A stretch of DNA of 64,000 bases from the human T2T-CHM13v2.0 reference genome, Homo sapiens: assembly GCF_009914755.1 (NCBI RefSeq), contig NC_060934.1; one strand, 5' to 3'. Below the pieces are notes generated by a model that searched no databases, was not told the origin of the DNA, and was given only the letters and a program-made list of their open reading frames with translations. Every line of letters starts with the position of its first letter. Positions within the stretch are counted from its first letter, which is position 1. A program made the translations under genes and the position numbers. This document shows positions 29,501 through 42,643 of this stretch, piece after piece.

Positions 29501-31617
29501 CTGCACAGAGCAGGGCCACAAATGAAAAGACAGTCATGAGTCCGTTAAAATTCCAGGATAGTGAACACTGGGACATAGAATATGCTGCTAAGGGGGGCTG
29601 GGACATTCAAGGCCTGAGTGACTTCTCTGCATCTGTATACAGAGCCTGGGAGATGTGCCACTCATTTGTCATCTGATGATAATCTACTCATGAAAAATCA
29701 TATTCTTTGAAGGATGATTAATTAATTTGACAAATCCGAGATTAAGACAAATGACTTAGAAGGGAAAGAATCAGTCATAGCCTGCACCTGGCCCGGTATG
29801 GACTTCCTGTCGCAGGCCACTACCCCTTCTGCCTGCATCTTCAGGTCTGCCCAGTTCAGCCTCTTTCTGTCTAAGCAGCCAACCTGCACACTCCATCTCA
29901 GGGGAAAGGAGCCTCCAAGCTGGCTCTCCCCATCTTCTCTCATAAATCCCAGAGCATGTTCTAGAATAATCTTTGACACGTGCTTTTAACCCCGATTTGC
30001 AGGTTTGAACACCTGTAGAAAGGTGAGGTTCACTCTCTCCAAATGCAGCCCATCCTTGCCTCCCCAATAGCCTAGGAGACCCAAGACCCAGTTGCAGAGC
30101 TCTCTAAGGCCATTGCTCCTCAGGCTCTCCACATCCAATGCTCCCGAACCTGGGGTTGTTCTGAACTCCCTCTGCCTCCCTGACAGATCGATCCACCAGC
30201 AAGTGCTGGCATCTCTTCCCCTAAGGTCCATCCCAACCCCACCCTCACCCCCAATTCTCTGCCTCTTTGCTGCCAGCACTCCACCTGGGCCATGCTCACT
30301 TCCTGCTTGGACTGCAGCATGGATGCTGCAGGGACTCTAGAGGCTGCAGAGGGATGCTAGCATGCCGTGACTCGTTTGAAAGTCACAATAGTGCTGATAT
30401 TTTTATTTCCAACTGCCTAGCTTGTCTGCCTCTCAGCTGTTTTCCAACTTTGATGATGGAAAGGTTGCATCTTCAGGCTCTGTTCAGCTCAGTATCCCTC
30501 TGTCTAAGCAACCCTGCCTGCTTAGAAAGGAGTATTATTAACTCCTCCAAACCTGCATTTATTTCCTAAAATTGCATGATATGTGTACTTTCAACACACA
30601 GAGAAGGACACCCATACATACACATATTTATGTATTAATTTGTATAGATTCAATTTAAACACACTTTTAACTATATAGATTGATATATATATAGATGATT
30701 TTTAATTTGTTGACCTTGCCAGATAACCCTGTCCCATCTCACCTTCCCCTCCTTCCCGTACTGAATCCTGGAGGCCCTAAACCATATCCACTTCATTAGA
30801 ACCTGGCTGGCTGCAGCCATCTGCGACCTGCTTCCCTGTGCAGGTTGACTCTTCCTCCTGACATTTGAGAACAATTTGTCCCCTTCCCTTAGGGCATGAT
30901 GTTCTCCATGCTGCGGTGGGCTGTGTTGGGGGAAGCTGTATGTGTCCTAGGGTCCCAGAACTTACAAGGCTGGGAGGATGGGGCTTAGTCCAGACTCTGG
31001 CCTCTGCTAGCATACTGTCAAACCACAGGGTGAGGCAACCATGCTGGAATGGCCCTGACTCATGAGGCTACACTGCAGACCCAATGGCTTGTTAGGACTC
31101 CTTTCAGTCACTTCCAAGAGCTACTGCCCATTGGACCCTGCATCCCCAGGAGCTACTCTTATGGAGAAGAGCTGTTGAGGGGGGCTTCAAAGAGCTTCCA
31201 ATAGGACTAGAAGGACATCCAGAAGGAAGATATTGAGCTTGGGTTTGGAGTGTAAGCCAGAGAGACCTCAATGTCAGGGCCTCCTGCCCATCTGCCTCCC
31301 AGATGATGTCAGCGTTTATGACCCAAGGAGAGGACACTGGCCTTCAGCATAATTCTCTCTGTTTTTCACTTGGGAAACCTTGTGTGGGGCTAAAACAAAA
31401 CCAGAGTCCAGTGGTGGTGTTGGGAAAATATGTCATGAGGTGGGGTCGGGGAGAGAACACTGAGGTTTTGCTGTGTGTACAGAAGATAAAACGATGGCTG
31501 AAATTCCAGGAGCATTCACCTTCAGTTCACAAGTGTTTCTGCCGTTCACAAACTAGATGTCTTAATTAAAATGCTGCTGAAGGAAGCAAATCAATTAGCA
31601 GATCCCATACAAGATGG

Positions 31618-31623
31618 TTTATT
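31618..31623 (-). terminator. TMEM273: Candidate TMEM273 polyA signal AATAAA (3' UTR of about 1.1 kb)
   Basis: tttatt on + about 1.1 kb downstream of the stop codon. Confidence 0.6.
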
Positions 31624-32749
31624 TTATCCTACACACAGAAAATTGCTTATGAGTATCACATTACCGCTCTTGGTTATCAGTTAACAAAGGCTGCTAATGA
31701 ACAGCATCGTTATCAAGTTGGGTAAGAGACGCCCTGGGAGTCCAGGCAAATTATGACAACACAGCACTTTGTTCTGAAATATAGCTCATCTTTCATCACA
31801 CACAAGGAGGGTAGCCCAGTCCGAGAGATTTCCTGGAAAGTGGAAAGGCAAAGAATATTCCGTGATGTGATCCCAGAAATACAGGGTTAATATTACAAGG
31901 GAGAGAAATGCTCACGGGGCCTTAGCCTGATGGCAATTGTAGAATGTCATGGCTTTCCTCAGCCTCCACCAGTCATGTCTTCTATGCAACAGCCATGTAC
32001 ATTGTAATAATAACCACAAAATAATTGTATAAGGAGAAAAATAATAACTGACATTCATGGCCCTCTGCAAGGCACAGCATCTGCTTTCTCATTTGGTCCT
32101 TCGTTGGTTCCATCCTTTGAAGGTCTGAGAGCAGCAGGCCCATTCCATGAACACCAAAGCCCTTCCTACCACGCCAGCCCAGACTGCCATTTCCCCTCCA
32201 GAAGGCCAGTGTTCATCATCGATAGGGCTAGAGACCATCCCGGAGTCCCCATGTTTCAGGACTCCCGAATCTTCACATAGTCCATCTTTAAGAAGGGATC
32301 TCCTGGCAGCTAAGAGGGTGAAGCTAATCGTTCTACAAAGTAGTGCCTAACTGTTGATAAGATGGCAGTGTAGGAAGCTGTGTGTTGGGTCGGATTCCCC
32401 TTTTCATGAGCCATTTTCTGTGGTAGGTTCCACGGACATGGACACCATGGCCTCATGGAAGCATGAACAGCTCCAACACAGGGTGAAGCTTTTGGTGTCC
32501 ACCTTCTTCCACTGCAGGCTAAATTGCTCAATCCTTCCTCTGTGCAGTCCGTTTCTTCCAGAAGAGGCATGATATTTTCCTTCAGGACAGAGGCACTGTA
32601 TATTCTATTCCTTCTATTATTTGCCTCCAATATTCAGTCCATGTGAAAGTTCATTACCAGCCTTGGGTGTTTGAATGCAGAACATCCTGAGATGTTAACC
32701 ATGGGCTGTTTTCCACGGGGCTAGAACCCCTCTTCACGTCACTGCTCAC

Positions 32750-32774
32750 CTACAGCTCAATCACCTGTGCATCT
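32750..32774 (-). CDS. TMEM273: TMEM273 last coding exon (DAQVIEL*; alternative frame RCTGD* with stop at 32757-32759)
   Basis: ttcctttccag|AGATGCACAGGTGATTGAGCTGTAG; completes the recalled 105-aa protein ending VIEL. Confidence 0.9.
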
Positions 32775-34479
32775 CTGGAAAGGAAGAGAACCATCTGGAA
32801 GACTTATTGAGAGAGCAACTATACTCTAATGATTGCATGTGTTTATGCAATTCACACAATTAAACAGGTATAAAAGCTCATCAGCAAAGCCTGCAAGGTG
32901 GGCCACTTCCTTGTGCAACATAGAAAGGAACTGAAGGCCAGTGGCTTCTGGGTAAAGGGGAGAGCTCAACCTGGAAGTTGTTTTCTGCCTGCCAAACCCA
33001 AGGCAAACAAAACTTCATCCACTTTGATGACAAAAAGAGAAGTCATTCCTCGAGGTTAATAGGCATATTTTGGGAAACTTTTCACTTTCTGTAGTTGGTG
33101 AATTTGCACAGATCTGGCCAGATGCTACGAGGAACAAGATAGATAGACCTATGAGAATAGAACTGGAAAATAATGCCTTCACATCTGAACTACGAGCTGT
33201 TACAGAGGGTGAGACTTCTCTGTGCTTGGTGTACCAGCTTTGATGAAAGGGAAGGGCAGCATAGGTGTCTAAAAAAGGGGAAACATGGAAGAGAAGATGA
33301 GTCAACAAACCAGACTCAGAAACAATAGAATGTGGACTGAAAGTAGGATGCAGACCCTGAGAAGGGCCTCACTTATACCTCCATGCCTTGAGACCAAATT
33401 CACACCCTCACTGTAGTTTCACATAGACATCTAGAATATAATAGAATGGTATATATGCTTACATTGAATGATGCAAAATTGTGTATGACTTTCCATTGTG
33501 TATATTCAGTCACAGTCTCCTGACAGCTAAGATCTCCTCATGAGAGATGGGGCAGCAACAGCAGGAAGGCGGGACAGAGTGAAGCATCTTTGGGACAAGC
33601 CACGTCAAAGGCCATAAAACAGACAGCACATATTTGACTACCCCATATTTGAGGACCAAGGACACACGTAATGGTCAGGGATATAGAGCTTGATGGCAGT
33701 AGAACCAACGTTAAAGACAAGAAAGACATTGGAAACCAGCAAGATATGGTGAGAGGAAGTGGTGAGAAAAGTAAAGGGAGGGATTCCAAGCAAGGGCCTC
33801 AAATGCCGTCAGGGGTTTTTTTCTCCTTCAAAAGATGGAAGGTTCAGAAGAAAATGGGGTTTAGAGGCCCAGAGGCTGAGCAGAGGGTTCATCCTTCCTA
33901 GTGCCTTTAACAAGCCCTGAATTAAAAGGCCCCTTCAGGTGTTGATAAGGAAGGGATCTAAAGAAGCTGGAGTTAGCCAGGTTTGCACTTGAGATATCAA
34001 TGCCCAGAGTAGATGGGCAGCCCAAGAGAGCAGCCTCCTCCCACCCCTGGCTGCCCTGAGCAGAAGAAGGGGCACTGCTGAGCTACCTTATGGATGAAGT
34101 TGTTCTCTGACAGGTAGCGATACCTCTGCAGATGGGTGTGTCACCAGCCACCAGAGAGCCAGGCACGATCTGGAGAAAATGAGATAAGGCTGGCAGAGTC
34201 TAGGGCAGCATCTGCTGGCTGGACTAGTAGGTGAATTAGGCTGCATGGTACTCCGGGCTGGCATCATGAGAAAGAGCAAGAGCATGTTGCATACCATGTG
34301 ATTTAGTGGCTACTTAACCCAAATCTTTGACCACATCCTCCAAGAATCACATAGACCAACAAGGAGAGAAGAAGAACAAAAAGAAACAAAAGTAAAACTA
34401 ATAATGAGGATTCCTATACATTCTGGTTAGCCCCAGGGTTCATCTGGTTAGGATACATTTATGCCTGCTAATACTGAAA

Positions 34480-37400
34480 AAAATCTGTGGCAAAATCCAA
34501 CACACATTTCTGATTTTTAAAACTCAGTAAAATAGGAACTGATGAATGCTCCTTAACATGATAAGATATGTGTGCTTCAGCCCTAGAGCCAGCATGTTAC
34601 TTGATGGACACCACTAGTGGATTTCCCATCAAAGTCTGGCAGACGCATGTTGTATGCACACTTTTTCCACTATTATTTAACATTGGTGTTTTTAGCCAAT
34701 GCAATCAGAGAGGAGAAGACAATTAAAGGCATATGAATTGGGAAAGAAGATCTGTATTTTGGCAGGTGACATAATATCGTAAAAACTCAAGGGACGGAGA
34801 AGAAAACAGAGACAAAGAATAAAAGCATTCAACAAGGCAACCCCTATAATGCTAACATAATCCCCCAAAATCAAAATACAATCAATGACCAGGTAGGAGA
34901 CATAATGGCAAAAACTCCATTTTGAAAGCAGCAAAGGCAGAATACTTAGGAATAAATATAACAAAAAATATGACAATCTTATAAGAGTAAAATCTGAAAA
35001 CTCTCCTGAAACACACAAAAACAGAAACACACAAAATCAGATAATTTTTTATGAAAAAATTATCTCTTTTCCATGGAGAGCCACTTAACATCGTAAAGAA
35101 GTAAATCATCTTTAACTTAATATGTAAATATAATGCAACCCCAATTTAAATACCAGGATGTTTGCTTCTTTTTTTTTTTCTGTGTGTTGTTTTTATTTTC
35201 TTTGCTTTGGTCTATACAAAAGCCCAATAACCAAAAACACAAAGCAATCATCATAAAATTCTCCACTGGGACCTCCCCCAGCTCCCGCACCATGAAAGAT
35301 TTTTGTTTCTGTGGAAAGATTCTGAAGTTGATTCTAAAGTTCATACGGAAAAATAAATATGAAAGAATAGCTGGAATAAAATAGCAAGAATGTCCCCTGC
35401 AAAGGAAGCACAACGTGTGTGCGGGTGGAGGGAACCAGCCCCACCAGAAGGTAGAGCACACCAGGAAGCCTCTCTAGGCTCAGCCTCTCCAGGAAGCTCT
35501 CAGCACATGAATAACCGCAAATACCAATGGAGAATAAAGCCTAGAAATACCCTAGTACGCACAGAAATTTAGAACATTATAAAAGAGGCAAATGAAACAC
35601 TGGGGAAATAGGGTGGTTTTAAAAAATAGTATCGGAATAATTCAATTGCCATTTGGGAAAAAGAAAAAATTGGATCTTAACTCATACCACACACCAGAAT
35701 AAATGACAAATGGATCAGACATCTAAGTAAACAATAAAACCATCCAAGTGCTGGGAAAAGTATATATGCACAGATATATACATCTATATGTAAACATCTT
35801 CTAATTTTATTTTAAAAAGTGTGTCTATATAAAAGTGTTTTTAATTAAATATATTTTTGTAAAAGTATCACAGAAAGAATAAACCAGGAACTATTGAAAA
35901 TAGCAACTTCAAAGCAGTAGGTAGGAACACGGTAGAGTGGACAGTTACAAGAGAAACACTTCTCTGAGTTTATCTGTTTACATAGTTTATCTCTGAATCG
36001 TGTACATGACACACGATTCAGAGATAAACTGTGTAAAGAAAACTATGTAAATTAAAATTTTAAAAGATTAAAACAGGAAATAGTAAAATATAATACACAC
36101 TAAAACAAGTGTTTCTGACTCTCTATCCAATTGATAGCATAACCACACAGAGAATATAATTAATTTCATTTGAACACAATACTCTGGCTGTGCACACCTA
36201 GAGGGCTAAATTCTAAGGGTAAAAGCCACTGCAAAGAAATATGCAAGTTTACTGAGTGGGTCTATAGCTGCATAGTGCTCTAATTTCTGGAGGCATTTTG
36301 TGTGTATTATAGAATAGAGAAAATGAGTAAAAATATTATGTGGTGGAAAAGCAGGGTTTTTACTTTGGAGAAGGCAATCTAGACACATGGATTAGGGAAA
36401 GCTTAGGAAAAGTCTTATGATATTGAGTGTGTAATTTAAATGCACGTTTCGTGACTCTGCCCATTGAAAGGGCCTAGAAGCAATGACACCTCAGTAGCCC
36501 TGAGCACACATTGTGCCCAGATCTTAGTTTCTAAAAATGATTCCACAGTAAAAATTAAAATAAAAGAGAGAGAGAGTGAGAGAGAGACAGAGAGAGAAAC
36601 AGGGACCCTTGGGAAAATTAGACCCTTGTGCTACCCTTGGGAGCAGGTCAAGGTGAGCCTGAGATATTGTGTTGTCAGAAGTCTAGCATGTGCTCAAAGA
36701 CTAATGGGTTCTGTCTAAAGGGCACAGAGGCCACCAAGAAGTGACTTGCACTAGCCAAATTTGCAACAATTTGGGCATCAGAAAGAATCATGATGGCAAT
36801 GGATTAAAATGCCTTGAAGTCCACAGTAATAATCCTCAACAAAAGAAGGAGAAAGGGGAGATAGAATAAAAAGGCTTCCTTGTGGATGAATGTCAGCTAT
36901 TAAATATAGAAGAAATGCTGGAATTAGAAAGTCAATATTTTGTAATCACCAATGGCAAAAACTGCTTGAAGCAGGATCATGAATAGGTATAAAATCATTA
37001 GGTGAGGAATTGTTGGGGGTCGGGATATTCACATAGTGTCAAAGTGCCACCCCTCGTATTATTCATTTCAGAGGGGAAAATTCTAATTTCTACAAATGTA
37101 GAAATCTAGTGGTCACTCCCTTAACCAAGCAAACGAAGCATCACCAACAGTGATGCAATACAACAAAAGATACACAACATCACTTCATGGTATTTCTGAC
37201 CAAAAACTTCAATCTGAATCTACTCAGGAGAAAACGATCAGACAAATCCAGAAAATGGGACATTGTATAAGACAACGGGGCTTAGGGACTTCTCAATTAA
37301 CAATGCCATAAGGATAAAAAGCAGAGGGGCTGTTCAATACTGAAAGAGACTTAAAAAAAAGACAAAATAAATACAAATATTTTTTCTGGATTGGAAAATA

Positions 37401-37740
37401 GCACAATAAAAAATAGAGCAATAAAAGATACTTCTGAAATAACCAGAGAAATTTAAATATGGACTGTATAATAGATGATATTAAATTAGCATTAATTTTC
37501 TTAGGAGTGGTCACTGTATTGTGATTATACACAATAGGAAACACAATGGTGCTGTATTCAGGGGTGAAATATCATGATATCTACACTAATTTGCAAGTAG
37601 ATCAGTCAAAAAAGGCTTATGTACACAGAGAGAAAGCAAAGGGGGCACCGTGTCAGTGAGTGACCCTAGGTGAAGGGTGTATATATTTTGATTGTCCCGT
37701 TCTTTCAACTTTTCTTTGGATTTGAAAATTTTTCATAAAG
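34480..37740 (+). mobile_element. Old L1M (L1MC-like) ORF2 and 3' fragments in a TMEM273 intron
   Basis: Degenerate ORF2 motifs (aaaatccaacacacatttctgatt; aatgcaatcagagagg; ctcataccacacacc) and L1MC-type 3' UTR. Confidence 0.7.
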
Positions 37741-38443
37741 CAGGAGAGTGAGGTCAAGAGATTGCCCCAGGCCTGTGTGACCATCCTGGGCTGGTCAGAC
37801 AGGGAGCAAATTCTCAGTGGGTTTGGCACATGCAAGGGGCATGAGGTGAGGAAAAGCCAAGCTGGGGAATGTGGATTGTGAAATGATGATTCTCAAAACC
37901 CTGGTGAAGATGCCTTCATTCCTAGGAGTCTTCATCCATAGGCTCATTCAATCAGGGGTCCGAGATCCTGTCCCCTTCTGTAGACCGGCCCTCCACATAC
38001 AGGCTTCGTCCTCTCCGAGACCCCAAAGCAGCACTGAGATGCAAATACCCAGCCAAACTGATAGCATGATGACATGAAGAGATGTTTGGGAATTTTTTTC
38101 ATCAAATGGACTAAATTGGCTAATTATTAGATTGGACACTATCATAGGATAGGTCTTGGAGAATGAAAAAATGTTTACCTATCCTGTTAAAACCGTTTTC
38201 TCAGCTCTAACTGGGCAAATGCCCCACAGCTTCATGTTAAATCTTGCCAAGTACCATCATGTCCCAAGGTGATGCTGATTCCTGGTCTCACAGCTGTCCT
38301 GGCATGAGGGCTCCTGGCCATGCCATGGTTGCCCGTCCCACGTGGCCAGGGGAGGGAGAGGTCATGCCGAAAACCCATGCAGCCCCATGGGGCAGAGACT
38401 GCCTGTCCTCCTTTTAAGACAAGTGATCACTCTTACAACTCAC

Positions 38444-38467
38444 CTTTTGGAGAAATTGTGGTTTCGC
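38444..38467 (-). CDS. TMEM273: TMEM273 24-nt micro-exon (RNHNFSKR, or AKPQFLQK in the other frame)
   Basis: tcttgttttgcag|GCGAAAC...CAAAAG|gtgagt; open in both frames. Confidence 0.88.
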
Positions 38468-40134
38468 CTGCAAAACAAGATAAAAGGGTGTTCATTGCCT
38501 AAGCCTTAGAAGCCAGAAAGACAATGCAAAACTTGCTGCAAGAGAGTGGCTTGCTTGTCATTAGCTTGCTCTTTTGGGTCTGACTTCCTCATGACTCAGC
38601 CTGACTCCATCTAGTGTTAGTTTTGGAAACTCGAATCCTGCTTCTCCTCTCTGAAAGTCCCTCTATTTGCAGAGGAGCTCTGTTACGATACCTGCCAAGA
38701 ACAGCTCCCTGCACGTGGTGAGGGCGATGTATTAATTATCAGGGGTATAAACTCCCATCCAGCCATTGCCTCCCAGCCTCCCTCTCTCCTGGCCTTTATT
38801 TCTTGCCTCCCTCACCCACTTGCTTCCTCTAGCATCCCTTCATGTTTTCTCATGAACTTCGCTTTCAGAAAGTTCATTGTTGAATAACTATTGGAGCCAT
38901 TTTTCCTGGATTATGGAAAATGCCTTCTATAGCCCTGATAGCTCAAAATAACCCAGAACTTCCAAAAAACACATATAACAGAGACGCTCCTCTTAGATGA
39001 TCATGCATAAGAACATAAAAAGCACAGTGACTGCTCATTCAGCAGTGTTTTCAAATGGGTCTGTGTTGTATTGCTCACAGCAGCATCATCCCACACAGAT
39101 GTATGTGTGTCAGAGTCCATCATGAATGGCCACATGCACATACACACACATATACACAGGCAATAAATGCACACACACATATACACAGGCAATACATGCA
39201 CACACACACATATGCGTGTGCACACACACAACAGGATTAAGGATCGAGCTTTGTGAAATTTCATTCTATGTGAAGTCCGTGGCTAAGATGTCCCTGAAGC
39301 ATGGTCTGCTTCAAGGTCTGGCGATTTGCAAAGCAAAGTGCCTTAACTCAAAGTCCCCCTCAATGTGTGCCAGGAATTCAGATGGTCAAGGTAGCGTCCC
39401 TGTGCTGGGGGGAGCTCTAGTACTTTAGAGCCTTCCCCATGGTGAGAAGGTCACTGTGCTAGAATCTCCACATGTTTCAATATTCCTGACCACAGGGGCT
39501 GAGCTGGCCACAGCAGTCTGTGTCCTCTGCCTGGGTACCTAAGCACCCAGCAGAGGGCCCCTGAGGCCACATGGTGCCAGGGTCTTCGCCATGGCCAACA
39601 CAGCCCATCCATTCAAAACAGACTCCTCCTGCACTCCTCACCACAGATGCTACCGCTACCTGGACCCACAAAGGCAACAAAGGTTCTAGGAAGTCAATCC
39701 TTCTCACCCTTCCAGACTCCATCCATGGCCTCCTCATGTCCTCCAAGAGCCCTGTGTGAAAACCCTTATAATGGCCAGTCCACCCTGATTCCATGGTGGG
39801 AGATGCTGACTCAGCGCCCAACCCACAGCCATCTGAGTGCTGCCCTTGGGTCAGCGGGGACTGGGACACCCTCCTGGCCAGGTGCCGCAGCTGCACACTT
39901 AGGAGAACCTGTGATTGTGCCAACCCCCCTAGGGCTAGAAGAACACAGAGCTGCCTGGGGCAAAGGCCTCTTAGGGCGGGGGGAAGGGAGGGGTGTGAAG
40001 AGCTGGCCAGCATGGAACTCTACTCTCCCGCATCAGTGGATTTGGGGGCACTGGGAGCAGTTCGGCATGTTTCTTCTATAAAAAGGAATGTGACAACTTC
40101 AGCCAATGTGGGTCTGGGTGTGTGAATATGTGCA

Positions 40135-40136
<2 letters not shown>

Positions 40137-40177
<41 letters not shown>
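40137..40177. repeat. (TG)n(GA)n microsatellite
   Basis: Seen directly. Confidence 0.9.
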
Positions 40178-40180
<3 letters not shown>

Positions 40181-41807
40181 GACATATGGCATCTCTGGTC
40201 CCTCAACCTGAAATATCCCCAATTCGACCACACATTTCCAAAACCCCCTGAAGCTGGTTACATGCCCTAGATGCAGAGAACGTGACATGGCCAGCAAGAG
40301 GAGTGCTGTGTGGCCACCGGGGCCTGGACACTTCACAGGCCCACTCAATCTAAGTTGACCACACATCCCTATTTCCCTAGGACAGTCCAGGCTCACACCT
40401 ATCATCCTGGTGCAACTTTTACAGAGCCTCTTCTCACTCTCACAAAGTGCTGTCTTGGATGATAAGTTATATATCCTGTCTTCTCCAGCCCAGGACCCAG
40501 TGGACTGACACAAACTTGGGGTGGGGGGATGACATGGGAGGGGACAGAGAGAAGGAGAGTGAGAGTCAGAAACAGAAGGAGAGATGGGGTGCTGGGAGAC
40601 AGAGTTGATGAAATGTGCTTTAATGCTTCACAATCAGAAACCACTGCTGAAAACTAGAATATCTGTAGGAGGAGAAATCCTCAAAAAAAGTGAACTTCTC
40701 AAGAAAATCCATGTCCAGCTCATCCCAAGCGCATGACTCCATGAGGGCTGATGAGTCATGACCCGCAGCCACAATGCACCATGCGTTCATCCCTCATGCA
40801 GCCATTAATCCATCCGCTCCTTCAATAGACACTACTTGGAAGTTACCCAGTCCCTGGTCCCATGGAAGAACTGGAGGGTGAGACTGGGCTCTGGGTACTT
40901 TCTAAAAGCCACTAACCCTGTGTCAACCCAGACCTCTGTCCTAAATGCCAGCCACTTACTAGACATCTCCTCTACATGGAAGTGTCCAGAAACTTTCGGC
41001 TCACCATGTTCAAAAAAATATCATCTCACCCAGCTCACTGCCCAAAGCTGCTCCCCCACCAACTTCCCAAAGGGCACCTGCTCAGAGAAAACTCTGAGCT
41101 GTTCTAGATTCTTTTCTCTCCTCCAGTGGCTGTCTCAGTCCCTCATCCTAGGTCCCTGGGCCAGCTCCTCCTTAACTTTGTTCCCATCTTTCATTTTTTC
41201 CATTGCCTCCACCTGGACTTACTCCAGCAGGGCTTTGCACCAGGCCTGAGTCTCTGTCCGGGCTTCCAGCACATCTTCCTGGCTGCAGCTGGGCCCTCCT
41301 CCATGCCACCATATAACAAAAAATATTCTCTCTCTCCCCTGCTTAGAACCCATCTGTAGGTGACCAGAAGTTTCAGGACAGATTTCAGACTCCTTTGCTT
41401 AACACAAGCCCCTCTGACTGTACATGCATAGAAACTACCTATCTCTCCAGCGCTTCCTTCCATATCGTCACATGAAACACTTGCTTCTGCCACACTGCAT
41501 GTTTGTCAGCGGCAGGTTTTACCCATGATGCCTACATATACTAGGGTTCCCTCTGCATTCATGAGCTTCTCTTAGTCCTTCCGCACGTAGCCTGAGGCTC
41601 CCCTGCACCTCCTAGTGGCTATGCAGCCCTCTGCACCCCCAAGACACAAGGCAACACATGCTTAGCCTGCCATAGACCTCCCGGGACCCCCACCCCCACT
41701 GTGCAGCCACCACCTGGGACCTGCCTGTCTCCCCTGTAGACTGGGGGAGATTGTCCTACTTCTCTCTCCTTGACCCCCAGCACCTAGCCCATGGCCTCAT
41801 GTTCAGT

Positions 41808-42190
41808 TATTTATTCATTCATTCAACACATATGCAAGTATCCACTTTGTCCCTGGCACTGTGCTAAGTGCTGTGCTACAGAAGTGAAAAGGAAGACCCT
41901 ACCCGCCCGGAGCTTACATTTTAGAAAAAAACCCATGCAAAATAGACAAATCAATATATCGTATAGCATCAACTAGTGCAAAGAATTATAAAGAAAACTA
42001 AAGCCAAGCAAAGAGAAGAGAATGGTGGCTGGAGTCGAGAGGGGATTGTACCTTAAATAGGCCCTCCATGATGCAGTGGTGACACTGAAGCAGGGATTTG
42101 AAGGAAAAGAGGGTCGAGGCTTGCAGCTTTCTGGCAAAGAGCATTCCAATTACAGAAAACAGCAAGTGCAAAGGTCCCAAGGCAGGACCG
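41808..42190 (-). mobile_element. L2 3' fragment hosting the 79-nt TMEM273 exon
   Basis: ttcattcattcaacac...ggcactgtgctaagtgctg...agagcattccaattacagaaaacagcaagtgcaaaggtcccaaggcagga. Confidence 0.8.
42052..42130 (-). CDS. TMEM273: TMEM273 alternative 79-nt cassette exon, L2-derived (KLQASTLFSFKSLLQCHHCIMEGLFK)
   Basis: ctctttgccag|AAAGCTG...TTTAAG|gtacaa; open in frame after exon 4; inclusion gives a 129-aa product if exon 1 encodes 14 aa as recalled. Confidence 0.7.
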
Positions 42191-42612
42191 TCCCTGAGGA
42201 CGTGGGCTCTGTGCAGAAGAGCAGGGTACCTTGATGCCAGCAGGGAAGCCCAGAAACCTGGGACAAACCACGTGTGACCTCCCAAGTGACAGGGGCTGGA
42301 GGCCTCATTCTGAAAGTCAGGGGTATGCACTGAAGGGGTCTGAGTGGGGGTGGAACAGGATCTAATCCAGGCTATGCAGAGGCGAGCCCTACTCCCTTTG
42401 ACGGCTGTAGCCTGTGGCCCTCACTCTTGTGACACCTGCCCACTGGTCCAGAGGAGGAGAGAGTGTAAGGAGGGGACCACGAGGTGCATTCTAGTCACCT
42501 AGAAAGCATGCCAGAGTGCAGAGAAGGCTGGGGATGACAGGCAAGGGAGTGGCACGGTCAAGACAGGAGAGAACACGATACCTCTCCCTGACTGTGTGGG
42601 CAGTGACCTTAC

Positions 42613-42643
42613 CTTGGGGCTCTCTTCTTTAGCGGGATGGTGT
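42613..42643 (-). CDS. TMEM273: TMEM273 coding exon 4 (DTIPLKKRAPR)
   Basis: ctctgtttag|ACACC...CCCAAG|gtaagg; 31 nt. Confidence 0.9.

Noticed and set aside
32147-32350. 67-aa ATG ORF antisense to the TMEM273 3' UTR
   Set aside because: No supporting features or recognisable family.
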